DNA of 64,000 nt from Halobacteriales archaeon SW_5_70_135 (GTDB lineage Archaea; Halobacteriota; Halobacteria; Halobacteriales; SW-7-71-33). This document shows positions 27,541 to 36,789 of the stretch, in pieces. Made by a program: the position numbers and the translations under genes. Location of the stretch: NCBI GenBank assembly GCA_003022865.1, contig PXSK01000036.1:63122-127121 (forward strand). Reading direction: 5' to 3'. The notes beneath the pieces are model-generated. The model saw only the letters and a list, made by a program, of their open reading frames with translations. It was not told the DNA's origin and searched no databases. The number at the start of each line of letters is the position of its first letter. Within the stretch, counting starts at the first letter, position 1.

Positions 27541-27654
27541 TTTGCGCTTCAAAGGGGCAGTTTGTGCGTCAAAGCCGCCAGTATCTGCGTTTTCACGTGC
27601 GAACTACCGATCGGTCCGGGTTTTCGCGCGCGAACAGAAATTTCGTACGCGAAA
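27541..27654 (+). promoter_or_regulatory. Five helically phased TTT-N7-(A/G)AA boxes upstream of folCP
   Basis: TTTGCGCTTCAAA (27541), TTTGTGCGTCAAA (27561), TTTCACGTGCGAA (27591), TTTCGCGCGCGAA (27622), TTTCGTACGCGAA (27641). Spacing is 20/30/31/19 bp. The last three are palindromic. Confidence 0.4.
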
Positions 27655-27695
27655 CTGGTCCCCGAAACGGGCCAGCGGCGTGGCGTGCCGAGAGG

Positions 27696-27706
27696 GATTT
27701 AACTCC
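27696..27706 (+). promoter_or_regulatory. TATA box for folCP
   Basis: GGATTTAACTC lies about 20-30 nt upstream of GTG 27721 / ATG 27727. Confidence 0.45.
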
Positions 27707-27726
27707 GGCGAGCGGGACCGGTGAGC

Positions 27727-30507
27727 ATGGACTACAGCGAGGCGGCGGGACTGCTGTTCGGCCTGGACCGGTACCCGCCGCGACGGGGGACGGTGGCGAC
27801 GGCGGAGCTTCTCGACGCGCTCGGGAATCCTCACGAGGACCTCGCCTGCGTGCAGGTCGCCGGCTCGAACGGTAAGGGGACCACGGCGCGGATGGTCGAG
27901 AGCACGCTGCGCGAGGCCGGCGCCGAGGTGGGGCTGTACACCTCGCCGCACACGGAGGACGTCCGCGAGCGGGTTCGCGTCCAAGGGCGACCGATAGCCA
28001 AGCGGGCGGTCGTCGAGTTCGTCGCCGCCGCGGAGGGCCGACTGCGCGGGGAGACGGCGGCGCCGCCGACGTTCTTCGAGGCGACGACGGCGCTGGCGCT
28101 GTGGGAGTTCGACCGCCGCGGCGTCGACGTCGCCGTGCTGGAGGTGGGCATCGGCGGGCGTTACGACGCCACCAGCGTCGTCGACCCGGTCGCGGCCGCG
28201 GTGACGAGCGTCACGCTCGAACACACGGAGTTTCTCGGCGACACCGTCGAGGAGATCGCCCGCGACAAGGCCCAGGTGGTGCCCGAGCGCGGCCCGCTGA
28301 TCACCGCGACCGACGGCGCGGCGCTGGCGGCCGTCCGGGAGGTCGCCGGCGACCAGGTGGTGACCGTCGGCCGCGTCGGCGACGACCGCGAGGGCCACGC
28401 CGGGACGGAGCCGGACGTGCGGGTCGCCTACGGCGGCCGTGTCGACCACGTGGAGGCGGCGGTGACCGTCGCCGGCGGGGACGCGGCGGTCGAGCGTGCC
28501 GGCGACGGCGGGAGCGAGCGCGAGGCGGGGGGCACGGGCGACGACCTGCTCGCCGATTCCTGGCGCGTGGGGACCCGACTGCCGACGCCGGGCGCACACC
28601 AGGCGGAGAACGCCGGCGTGGCGACGGCGCTGGCCCGCGCCGTGTTAGTCGACGACCGCGTGACCGTCGCGCTCGACCCGGAGTTCGACCTCGACCCCGC
28701 GCCGGGGGTCGTCCCCGTCGCGGTCGCGGAGCGGGGACTGCGTCGCGCGCGCTGGCCCGGCCGGTTCGAGGCGCTGTCGACCCGACCGCTCGTGGTGCTC
28801 GACGGCGCCCACAACCCCGGCGCCTGCGAGCGCCTCGCGGAGACGCTCGCGGAGTTCGACCGCGCGGACTGCCATCTCGTGCTGGGTGCGCTCGTCGACA
28901 AGGACCACGCCGGCATGGTCGACGCCCTGCCGGAGGCCGCGACGGTCCACGTCTGTCGTCCGCCCGTCGAGCGCGGCGAGGCCGCCGCGACGCTCGCCGG
29001 CGTGGTGGCGCGGTCGACGGACGACGACGCGACCGCGCCCGCCGTGACGACCCACGAGACGGCCCACGCGGCGGTCGAGGCGGCGCTGGCGGCGGCCGAC
29101 GCCGAGGACGGCGTGCTCGTCACCGGCTCGCAGTACCTCGTCCGCGAGGTCCGCCGGCGCTGGAGCGGCCTGGACCGCCGCCCTCGCGTGCGGGACGCCG
29201 ACGACGCCGCCCGCGTGGCCCGCGAGGCCGACCTCTCGTCCGAGCAGCGCCGCGCGGCCGCCGGCGAGACGCTCGCCCGCACGCTCCGACTCCGCGTCGG
29301 CCCGCAGCTCGCCGCCCCGCTGGAGCGGACCGCTCTCGCCGCCGACCTCGTCTGTCGCGTCGCCGAGACGGACGACGAGGAGCCACGCGAGGTCGTCCTC
29401 GCCGGCCCCGTGGCGGGGCTGCGCGAGTTCGCCGCACGGCTCGACGACCGGGCGGAGCTCGCCCCGGTCGCCGACCGGATCCGGCGGGCGCTCGGGGCGT
29501 CCGGCGGCGCCGACGGACCGGCCGGCGAGGACGCCGGCGGCCGCCCGCTCGGGCCGCCGGCCCTGCCCGGCGCCGCAGCCGGAGACGGGACGGCGGTGTT
29601 CCGCGACGCGGCGGCGTTGGGCGTCGCGGGCGCCGTCGAGGGGCGCGACCGCTCGCCGGTCGGCGACGACCGGCTGCCGTGGCTCGCGGGCGAGACGCCG
29701 ACGGTCATGGGCATCGTCAACGTCACGCCGGACAGCTTCCACGACGGCGGCCAGTACGACGCCGTCGACGCTGCCGTCGAGCGCGCCCACGACCTCGTGG
29801 AGGCGGGCGTCGGCGTGCTCGACGTCGGCGGCGAGTCGACCCGACCGGGCGCGGACCCGGTCGCCGTCCGGCGGGAGATCGAGCGCGTCCGCCCCGTGGT
29901 CGAGGCGATCCGCGAGGCCGGCATCGACACGCCGGTCTCGGTGGACACCCGGAAGGCGCCCGTCGCCCGGGAGGCCTTGGAGGCGGGCGCGGACGTCGTC
30001 AACGACGTGAGCGGCCTGGAGGACCCGGACCTGCCCCGCGTGGCCGCGGAGTACGACGCCGGGCTCGTCGTGATGCACAGCCTGGCGGCGCCGGTCGACC
30101 CCGACCGGGAGGCCGAGTACGACGACGTCGTCCGCGAGGTCGCGGAGTGGCTCCGCGAGCGGGTGCTGTTCGCCGAGCGCGTCGGCGTCGACCGCGAGCG
30201 GGTCGTCGTCGACCCCGGACTGGGCTTCGGGAAGTCGGCGAGCGAGGACTTCGAGCTGCTCGACCGCCTGGCGGAGTTTCGGGCGCTGGGCTGTCCCGTG
30301 CTGGTCGGCCACTCCCACAAGTCGATGTTCGGGGCGGCGGGCTACGAGGCCGGCGAGCGGCTGGAACCGACCGTCGCGGCCACGGCGCTGGCCGTCGACC
30401 GCGGTGCCGACGTCGTCCGCGTGCACGACGCCGCCGAGAACGTCGCCGCGCTGCGGACGGCCGTGGCGACCCGGCGGGGCGTCGACCGCGACGGGACCGG
30501 GGGCTGA
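27727..30507 (+). CDS. folCP: Bifunctional folylpolyglutamate/dihydrofolate synthase (FolC) - dihydropteroate synthase (FolP) fusion
   Basis: N-terminal Mur-ligase P-loop (VAGSNGKGTT). C-terminal pterin-binding domain (MGIVNVTPDSFHDGG, DVGGESTRPG). A linker of about 170 aa joins them. ATG 27727, with alternative GTG 27721. Confidence 0.88.
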   Translation: MDYSEAAGLLFGLDRYPPRRGTVATAELLDALGNPHEDLACVQVAGSNGKGTTARMVESTLREAGAEVGLYTSPHTEDVRERVRVQGRPIAKRAVVEFVAAAEGRLRGETAAPPTFFEATTALALWEFDRRGVDVAVLEVGIGGRYDATSVVDPVAAAVTSVTLEHTEFLGDTVEEIARDKAQVVPERGPLITATDGAALAAVREVAGDQVVTVGRVGDDREGHAGTEPDVRVAYGGRVDHVEAAVTVAGGDAAVERAGDGGSEREAGGTGDDLLADSWRVGTRLPTPGAHQAENAGVATALARAVLVDDRVTVALDPEFDLDPAPGVVPVAVAERGLRRARWPGRFEALSTRPLVVLDGAHNPGACERLAETLAEFDRADCHLVLGALVDKDHAGMVDALPEAATVHVCRPPVERGEAAATLAGVVARSTDDDATAPAVTTHETAHAAVEAALAAADAEDGVLVTGSQYLVREVRRRWSGLDRRPRVRDADDAARVAREADLSSEQRRAAAGETLARTLRLRVGPQLAAPLERTALAADLVCRVAETDDEEPREVVLAGPVAGLREFAARLDDRAELAPVADRIRRALGASGGADGPAGEDAGGRPLGPPALPGAAAGDGTAVFRDAAALGVAGAVEGRDRSPVGDDRLPWLAGETPTVMGIVNVTPDSFHDGGQYDAVDAAVERAHDLVEAGVGVLDVGGESTRPGADPVAVRREIERVRPVVEAIREAGIDTPVSVDTRKAPVAREALEAGADVVNDVSGLEDPDLPRVAAEYDAGLVVMHSLAAPVDPDREAEYDDVVREVAEWLRERVLFAERVGVDRERVVVDPGLGFGKSASEDFELLDRLAEFRALGCPVLVGHSHKSMFGAAGYEAGERLEPTVAATALAVDRGADVVRVHDAAENVAALRTAVATRRGVDRDGTGG

Positions 30508-30601
30508 CCGCCGAGGGGCGGTCCGGACGGCGCGAGCTGTCGTCGCTGTCGGGAGCGACCCGAAGAGATGAAGGGCACGACGGTGGAGCGAGAGGACAAC
30601 G

Positions 30602-32152
30602 GTGGACATCGATCTCAGAGCGGTGAGCCGCGACGTCGGCCGCATCCTGCTCGTGGTCTCGCTGATGGCGGGGGTCTCGGCGGCGGTCGCCGCGCTCAAC
30701 GGCGAGCTGTTCGCCGTGCCCGGCTTCCTGGCGTCGGCGGTGGTGCTCGCCGGCGTGGGCGGCGGCCTGGCGCGGCGCTACCGGGACGCCGGCGCGCCGA
30801 GCAAGCTCGACGCGATGGTCTCGGCGGCCAGCGCGTGGGGTGCGACGGGGCTGGTCGGGGCGTTGCCCTTTCTCGTCATCGCGTGGACGATGGCGCTCGA
30901 CCCGTACCCCGCGTGGGCGAACACGCCGCCGATGAACGACACCGTGCGCGTGTTCCTCAATCCGCTGGACGCCGTCTTCGAGAGCATGAGCGGCTTTACA
31001 GGCACGGGGCTGACGATGGCCGCCGTCGAGGAGGACCTGCCCCGCGCGCTACAGTGGTGGCGGTCGCTCACGGAGTGGATCGGCGGCGTCGGCGTGGTCG
31101 TGCTCACCGTCGCCGTCCTCGCCCGGCCCGGCAGCGGCTCGTACGCGCTGTACGAGAGCGAGGCCCGCACCGAGCGCATCCGCCCGAGCATCGTCTCGAC
31201 GGTGCGGGAGATCTGGAAGATCTACCTCGGGCTGACCGTCGCCTCGGTCGTCCTCCTGTACGCCGTCGGGATGCCGCCGTGGGACGCTATAAACCACGCC
31301 ATGACGGGGCTCGCGACGGGCGGGTTCTCGGTCCACGCCGCCTCGATCGGTCACTACGGCAGCCCGCTCATCGAGTACGCTGTCGTGCCGGTGATGGTCG
31401 CCGGCTCGATCGCCTTCCCCGTCTACTACGCGGTCTTTCAGGGGGACCTGCGCCAGCTGTACCGCGACCTGCAGACCCGGTGGGTGTTCCTCTGGTTCGC
31501 CGCCGGCTCGGCCGTGCTCGCGCTCGTGCTCCACCTGAACGGCCAGTACGACACCCTGGAGGAGACCGTCCGCGTGAGCCTGTTCCAGTTCGTCTCCGCG
31601 ACCTCGAACGCCGGCTTCGGTACCGCGACGATCGGCGCCGGCACCGAGCAGGTGTGGGGCAGCGGCGCGACGCTGTTCACCTGTCTCGGGATGCTCACCG
31701 GCGCGGCCGCGGGCTCGACGGTCAGCGGCCTCAAACTGATCCGGGTCATCGTCCTGCTCAGGGGGACCGCCTGGCAGATCGGAGGCGTGATGCTGCCCGA
31801 CAGCGCCGTCCGCCGGCTGGAGGTCGGCGACCGCTCGCTCGACGGGGCGCAGGTGCGCCGCGAGTACACCGAGGCGACGCTGGTGTTCGTGCTGTGGATC
31901 GTCTTCCTCGTCGTCGGCGTGGCGGTGTTTCTCGCGGTGCTACCGGAGTCCTACCCGCTGGAGTACGTCGTCTTCGACGTCATGAGTGCTCAGAGCAACG
32001 TCGGCCTGGACTCGGGGATCACCGGCCCCGACATGCCGACGGCGGCGAAGGCCGTGCTGGTGCTGAACATGTGGGTCGGCCGCCTGGAGATCATCCCCGT
32101 CGTCGTCCTCATCGGCGCGGTCCTCCGGCGGACGAACCCGGTGAGCGGCTGA
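30602..32152 (+). CDS. trkH: Potassium uptake protein TrkH
   Basis: 516-aa polytopic membrane protein with repeated TrkH pore-loop motifs (SGFTGTGLT, TGGFS, TSNAGFG, QSNVGLD). GTG start. Confidence 0.88.
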   Translation: MDIDLRAVSRDVGRILLVVSLMAGVSAAVAALNGELFAVPGFLASAVVLAGVGGGLARRYRDAGAPSKLDAMVSAASAWGATGLVGALPFLVIAWTMALDPYPAWANTPPMNDTVRVFLNPLDAVFESMSGFTGTGLTMAAVEEDLPRALQWWRSLTEWIGGVGVVVLTVAVLARPGSGSYALYESEARTERIRPSIVSTVREIWKIYLGLTVASVVLLYAVGMPPWDAINHAMTGLATGGFSVHAASIGHYGSPLIEYAVVPVMVAGSIAFPVYYAVFQGDLRQLYRDLQTRWVFLWFAAGSAVLALVLHLNGQYDTLEETVRVSLFQFVSATSNAGFGTATIGAGTEQVWGSGATLFTCLGMLTGAAAGSTVSGLKLIRVIVLLRGTAWQIGGVMLPDSAVRRLEVGDRSLDGAQVRREYTEATLVFVLWIVFLVVGVAVFLAVLPESYPLEYVVFDVMSAQSNVGLDSGITGPDMPTAAKAVLVLNMWVGRLEIIPVVVLIGAVLRRTNPVSG

Positions 32153-32163
32153 CCTCGCCAGGG

Positions 32164-32847
32164 TCAGGACGGCCGGTTCTCGTCGTGCCCGAACACGCTC
32201 GTCAGCTCCGGCGTGGCGCCGTGTCCGGAGAAGACCGTCAGCCTGTCACCGACCTCGACAGCGGTGTCGCCACGGGGAGCGATCGGCCGTTCGCCGTCTC
32301 TGGCGACGGCGACTATCAGCACGTCCCCCGGCAGTAGTCCATCCTCGGCGGCGTCTATCAGGCGCATCCCGGCGACCGGGGCGCCCGCCGCGACGTTTAT
32401 CTCGAACACCTCGGCCTGCTCGCCGACGCGCATGTAGTCGGCGATGTCCGGCCGAACGGCCGCCCGAAAGAGGTTTTTGGCGATCAGCTGCTGTGGGTTC
32501 TCGACGGCCTGGACGCCGACGTGCTGGAACAGCGGGGTGTGCTCGGGGTCGTGGACCACCGACGTGACCGTCGGCACGGACAGCTCGCGGGCGAGCAGAC
32601 AGACCATCACGTTGGTGGCGTCCTCTGCGGTGGTCGAGATCAGCGCGTCCGCCTCCTCGACGCCGGCGTCGACCAGGGTCTCCCTCGTCGTCGCGTCGGC
32701 GTTCAGGACGAGACAGTCGTACTGCTGTGCGATGGCGTTGGCCTTCGTCGCGTCGCGCTCGACGGCGACGACCTCGTGGCCGGCCTCCGTCGCGAGTCCG
32801 ACGAGCGGCGTGCCGATGGCACCCGTCCCGACGATGATGACGTACAC
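32164..32847 (-). CDS. trkA: Potassium uptake protein TrkA (TrkA-N NAD-binding plus TrkA-C)
   Basis: MYVIIVGTGAIG Rossmann motif with a C-terminal RCK_C domain. Convergent with trkH. Confidence 0.88.
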   Translation of the reverse strand: MYVIIVGTGAIGTPLVGLATEAGHEVVAVERDATKANAIAQQYDCLVLNADATTRETLVDAGVEEADALISTTAEDATNVMVCLLARELSVPTVTSVVHDPEHTPLFQHVGVQAVENPQQLIAKNLFRAAVRPDIADYMRVGEQAEVFEINVAAGAPVAGMRLIDAAEDGLLPGDVLIVAVARDGERPIAPRGDTAVEVGDRLTVFSGHGATPELTSVFGHDENRPS

Positions 32848-33153
32848 GTCGCCGTCTTCTCACCCCCAGGTCGAAAGCGTAACGCTCCCTCCGCCAGCAG
32901 TGGTCAGAACGCGACGTCCCGACGTGAACGGGAACCCCCCGGTGACAGTAGCCGGCTCGCGACGCCCCGAGCGGAGCGTCGGTCGTGCTGCGGTCGACGG
33001 ACGCCGGCGCGTCGCGGGGCGACTCGCCGTCGGGCGCCGGGGGACGGAGACTCCCGTTCGGGACGCCGTCGTCGCTCTCCCGAACCTGCTCGACCCGTTC
33101 GGGGCGGTCGTCAACGGCGCGGTCGGGTCGAGTCGAGTCGGGTCGAGTCGCCG

Positions 33154-34197
33154 TCAGCCCTCCGCACCGGCGGCCCGGTAGCACTCCTCCAGTCGGGCGG
33201 CGACGGCGGCGCGGTCGTACTCGTCGAAGTCGGCGTCGCGGTCCCGTCGCTCGTACTCGCTCAGCGAGCGCAGCGCGTCGACGAGTTCGGTCTCGTCCGT
33301 CGTCCGGAGCCCGCGGTCGCGGCGCTCGACCAGCTCGTGGGCGCCCGAGTCGGCGTGGTACTCGACCACGCCGACACAGCCGCTGGCGAGCGCCCACAGC
33401 AGTTCCTCGGCGAACACGCGGCGCCGGGCGGTCTGGACGAACGCCCGCGCCGCACGGTAGACGCCGACCCGCTCGCGGCGGTCGAGGTCGCCGACGAACC
33501 GCACGCGGTCGTCGATCCGCAGCTCGCGGGCCTGCCGTCGGTGCTCCGAGCGCAGCGGGCCGTCGCCGACGACGGTCGCCGACCAGTCGAACGCCCGCAG
33601 TTCGGCCAGCGCCAGCAGCAGACTCTCCAGATTGCCGTCGGAGTCGAGTCGACCGGCGAAGACGATGTCGTCCTCGTGTGCCGTCGCGGGCGGTGTCGCC
33701 TCGATCAGGTCGAGGTCGACCGGGTCGGGGACGACCGACACGTCGGCGGCGGTCGCGCCGGCCTCGCGGAGCCGCGTGCGGACGGTCTCGGCGGGCGCGA
33801 CCAGCCGGTCGACGCCGGTCACGGCGTCGGCGTCGAACGCGAGGTCGTAGAACTCGCCGACGACCGGCACGCGGGCGAGGCGGGCGCCGTAACGGGCGGG
33901 TCCGACCGCCGCGGAGAAGCCGGCGTCGACGTGGACCACGTCCGGAGCGGCCCGCCGGAGCGCCAGCGGCAGTCGCAGCCGGTAGCCGCGGCCGGGCGCG
34001 TCGGCGACGACCCGGTAGGTGACGCCGTCGGTCTCGAAGGCCTCCAGGTCGGCCTCCCACCACGGCGTCGTCAGCACCGTGACGCGGTGGCCGCACTCGG
34101 CGAGCAGCGTCGCCACGCGCTCGAACCGCTCCCGGGCCGGGTGCAGGGGCGGCTCGCGGTGGTGGACCGTCTCCGGGGCGACCAGTGCGACGTGCAC
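33154..34197 (-). CDS. Glycosyltransferase, GT-B fold (GT4-like)
   Basis: 347 aa. The N-terminal domain is MHVALVAPE..., and the C-terminal domain has the E-x7-E-like region (FAEELLWALASG). No specific function can be assigned. Confidence 0.7.
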   Translation of the reverse strand: MHVALVAPETVHHREPPLHPARERFERVATLLAECGHRVTVLTTPWWEADLEAFETDGVTYRVVADAPGRGYRLRLPLALRRAAPDVVHVDAGFSAAVGPARYGARLARVPVVGEFYDLAFDADAVTGVDRLVAPAETVRTRLREAGATAADVSVVPDPVDLDLIEATPPATAHEDDIVFAGRLDSDGNLESLLLALAELRAFDWSATVVGDGPLRSEHRRQARELRIDDRVRFVGDLDRRERVGVYRAARAFVQTARRRVFAEELLWALASGCVGVVEYHADSGAHELVERRDRGLRTTDETELVDALRSLSEYERRDRDADFDEYDRAAVAARLEECYRAAGAEG

Positions 34198-34265
34198 GCC
34201 GGCAGTCGGTCGCGGGCGCGGCTTAAGTGCGACGGGTCCGCGCCGTCCGGACGGTCACGACACTA

Positions 34266-34343
34266 CGGTGGCACGCTCCCGCGACACATCGTCGGGCGCC
34301 GTCCGGGCGACGACCGCACGCGGTGGCACGCTCTCGCGACACA
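34266..34343. repeat. Two 23-bp direct repeats (1 mismatch) upstream of the glycosyltransferase gene
   Basis: CGGTGGCACGCTCCCGCGACACA (34266-34288) and CGGTGGCACGCTCTCGCGACACA (34321-34343), period 55 bp, 70-145 bp upstream of ATG 34197. Confidence 0.7.
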
Positions 34344-34356
34344 CCGTGGGGAGTGC

Positions 34357-34740
34357 TCACTCCTCGCTCTCGTCGATCCAGGCGAGGCATCTGTCGATGA
34401 AGCCGACGAGCTGTTTCGCGGCCTCCGGATCGAGCGTCACCAGCGTGCCGGTCGACTCGTCGTGGGGGAACTGCATCACGACCCCCTTCTCGTAGGTCAC
34501 GATCGAGCAGTTCAGCTCCCCGAGCCGGTACGACGTCTCCAACGCGGTCAGTTCCTCGTGTTCTCGCCGCAGCCCCTCGACGATCGCCTCGATCTCCGCC
34601 GAAGTGTACTGTGACTGGAGGTCGTCGCGCAGGTAGAGAAGTTCGTACTCCTCTCCGTCGTAGTAACCGACGGCCCGCAGGAGGTCTCCCGCCCGGTGTT
34701 GCAAGAACTCACAGAGTTCCTCGGTGACGCCGACAGTCAT
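34357..34740 (-). CDS. Hypothetical acidic cytoplasmic protein (127 aa)
   Basis: Only the last 127 codons of track ORF 34357..36717 look coding (MTVGVTEELCEFLQHRAGDLLRAVGYYDGEEYELLYLRDD...). ATG at 34740. The rest is antisense to the S9 peptidase gene. Confidence 0.65.
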   Translation of the reverse strand: MTVGVTEELCEFLQHRAGDLLRAVGYYDGEEYELLYLRDDLQSQYTSAEIEAIVEGLRREHEELTALETSYRLGELNCSIVTYEKGVVMQFPHDESTGTLVTLDPEAAKQLVGFIDRCLAWIDESEE

Positions 34741-34772
34741 GCTCACGTTTGTGAGCGGACAAGAATAAAACG
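34741..34772 (-). promoter_or_regulatory. Palindrome GCTCAC-GTTT-GTGAGC abutting the start codon, plus a TATA-like TTTTATTC
   Basis: The perfect 6-bp inverted repeat at 34741-34756 lies between the minus-strand TATA (34761-34772) and ATG 34740, which is an operator-like position. Confidence 0.35.
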
Positions 34773-34929
34773 TCGGTCCGGCTCGGTACCGTCGCCCGCC
34801 GTGCCGTCCGACCCCCGACCGACGGGGACTCGCCGGCTGTCGGACCGCTCCCGGGCGGTCCGCGGGCTCCCGTCGGGGCCGGCTCCGTGTCACCGAAAGC
34901 GGTTTGCCCCGCGTGTTCACAGGACTGCC

Positions 34930-36741
34930 ATGGCCTACGACATCGAGCGCTACCTCAACGTCCGCGGGGCCGGCGGCGCCTCGCTCGGACCGGACGGTCG
35001 GCTCGCCTTCCTCATCGACACGACCGGCGTCGACCAGGTGTGGACGCTCGACGAGCCGGGCGGGTGGCCCGCACAGCGCACCTTCTACGACGAGCGGGTC
35101 ACCTTCGCGTCGTACTCGCCGGAGCGTCCGGAGCTGATGTTCGGCATGGACGAGGGCGGCAACGAGCGCGCGCAGTTCTACCGCCTCGACGACGACGGTG
35201 ACGAGGTGACGAACCTCACCCGCCACCCCGAGGCGAAACACAACTGGGGCGGCTGGGGGCCGGACGGCGACCGCTTCGTCTTCTCCTCGAACCGCCGGGA
35301 CGAGAGCGTCTTCGACCTGTACGTTCAGGAGCGCGACGCCGTCGGCGAGGACGCCCGGCTCGTGCGCGAGACCGACGGCTGGTACACGCCGGCGGGCTTC
35401 TCGCCCGACGGCGACCGGGTGATCGTCGTCCAGGCGCACTCCTCGTTCGACCAGGACGTCTACGTGCTCCACACGGAGAGCGGCGCGATGGGCCACCTCA
35501 CCCCCCACGAGGAGCGGGTGCGCTACGGCAGCACCGAGTGGGGTCCCGACGGCGAGGCGGTCTACTGCACCACCGACCGGGGCGCGGACACCACGTACCT
35601 CGCGCGGATAGACGCCGAGACCGGCGACCTCGACGCCGTCGTGGAAGGCGGCGACTACAACGTCGACGGCGTCTCGCTCGACCGCGACGCCGGACGGCTC
35701 GTCTACTCCCGCAACGTCGACGGCTACACGGAGCTGACGGTGGGCGAACTCGACGACGGCGAGGTCCGCGAACACCCGACGCCGGACCTGCCGGGCGACC
35801 TGGCGGGCGGCGTCTCCTTCGGCCCGGACGCCGAGCGGTTCGCCGTTACCGCCTACGGGGCGACGGACAACCCCGACGTCTACGTCGTCGACGTCGAGAC
35901 CGGCGACGCCGAGCGCTGGACCCACGCCTCGACGGCCGGCGTCCCGCCGGAGTCGTTCCGGGCGCCCGAGCTCGTCAGCGTCGAGAGCTTCGACGGCCTG
36001 GAGGTGCCCGCCTTCTTTACCCTGCCGGCGGACGCCCCGGCGGGGGAGACGCCCGTCGTCGTCGACATCCACGGCGGCCCGGAGAGCCAGCGCCGCCCCG
36101 GCTTCCACGCCGTGAAACAGTACCTGCTGAGCCGCGGCTACGCCGTCCTGGAGCCGAACGTCCGCGGCTCCTCGGGCTACGGCCGGGAGTACACCCACCT
36201 CGACGACGTCGAGAAGCGAATGGACTCCGTCGCCGACGTCGAGGCGGCCGTGGAGTGGCTCCACGACCGCCCGGCCGTCGACCCCGACCGTATCGCCGCG
36301 ATGGGCGGCTCCTACGGCGGCTTCATGGTGCTGGCCTGTCTCACCGAGTATCCGGACCTGTGGGCCGCCGGCGTCGACGTCGTCGGCATCGCCGACTTCG
36401 TCACCTTCCTCGAGAACACCGGCGAGTGGCGCCGCTCGCTCCGCGAGGCGGAGTACGGCTCGCTGGAGGCGGACCGCGAGTTCCTCGAGTCGGTGAGTCC
36501 GATAAACCACATCGACGCCGTCCGGGCGCCGCTGTTCGTGCTCCACGGCGAGAACGACCCGCGGGTGCCCGTCGGCGAGGCCGAGCGGATAGTCGAGCAG
36601 GCCAGCGAGTACGTCCCCGTCCGGAAACTCGTCTTCGAGGACGAGGGCCACGGCTTCTCGAAGCTGGAGAACCGGATCGAGGCCTACTCCGCGATCGCCG
36701 ACTTCCTCGACGAACACGTCGGCGCCCCCGAGGGCGTCTGA
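34930..36741 (+). CDS. Prolyl oligopeptidase family (S9) serine peptidase with N-terminal beta-propeller (acylaminoacyl-peptidase-like)
   Basis: 603 aa. Propeller repeats are followed by a catalytic domain with GGSYGGF (nucleophile Ser), and the Asp/His region LHGENDPRVP...DEGHGF. Confidence 0.85.
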   Translation: MAYDIERYLNVRGAGGASLGPDGRLAFLIDTTGVDQVWTLDEPGGWPAQRTFYDERVTFASYSPERPELMFGMDEGGNERAQFYRLDDDGDEVTNLTRHPEAKHNWGGWGPDGDRFVFSSNRRDESVFDLYVQERDAVGEDARLVRETDGWYTPAGFSPDGDRVIVVQAHSSFDQDVYVLHTESGAMGHLTPHEERVRYGSTEWGPDGEAVYCTTDRGADTTYLARIDAETGDLDAVVEGGDYNVDGVSLDRDAGRLVYSRNVDGYTELTVGELDDGEVREHPTPDLPGDLAGGVSFGPDAERFAVTAYGATDNPDVYVVDVETGDAERWTHASTAGVPPESFRAPELVSVESFDGLEVPAFFTLPADAPAGETPVVVDIHGGPESQRRPGFHAVKQYLLSRGYAVLEPNVRGSSGYGREYTHLDDVEKRMDSVADVEAAVEWLHDRPAVDPDRIAAMGGSYGGFMVLACLTEYPDLWAAGVDVVGIADFVTFLENTGEWRRSLREAEYGSLEADREFLESVSPINHIDAVRAPLFVLHGENDPRVPVGEAERIVEQASEYVPVRKLVFEDEGHGFSKLENRIEAYSAIADFLDEHVGAPEGV

Positions 36742-36789
36742 CGGCGTCCGTACGAGCGGACTGACACCCGCAGCGAGATCGTCGACGGG

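Noticed and set aside
27541-27654. Considered a replication origin (ORB-like repeats) for the phased boxes
   Set aside because: There is no adjacent orc1/cdc6 gene, no long AT-rich unwinding element, and the boxes do not resemble the haloarchaeal ORB core with its G-string as I remember it.
28101-30699. ORFs 28101..30626(+), 28428..30320(-) and 28645..30699(-), each 630-840 aa
   Set aside because: They are off-frame or antisense to the well-supported folCP gene, with extreme Arg/Pro/Gly or Ser/Thr/Ala bias.
34741-36717. Upstream 659 codons of track ORF 34357..36717 (-)
   Set aside because: They are antisense to the S9 peptidase gene with junk composition. Only the terminal 127 codons from ATG 34740 look like a real gene.
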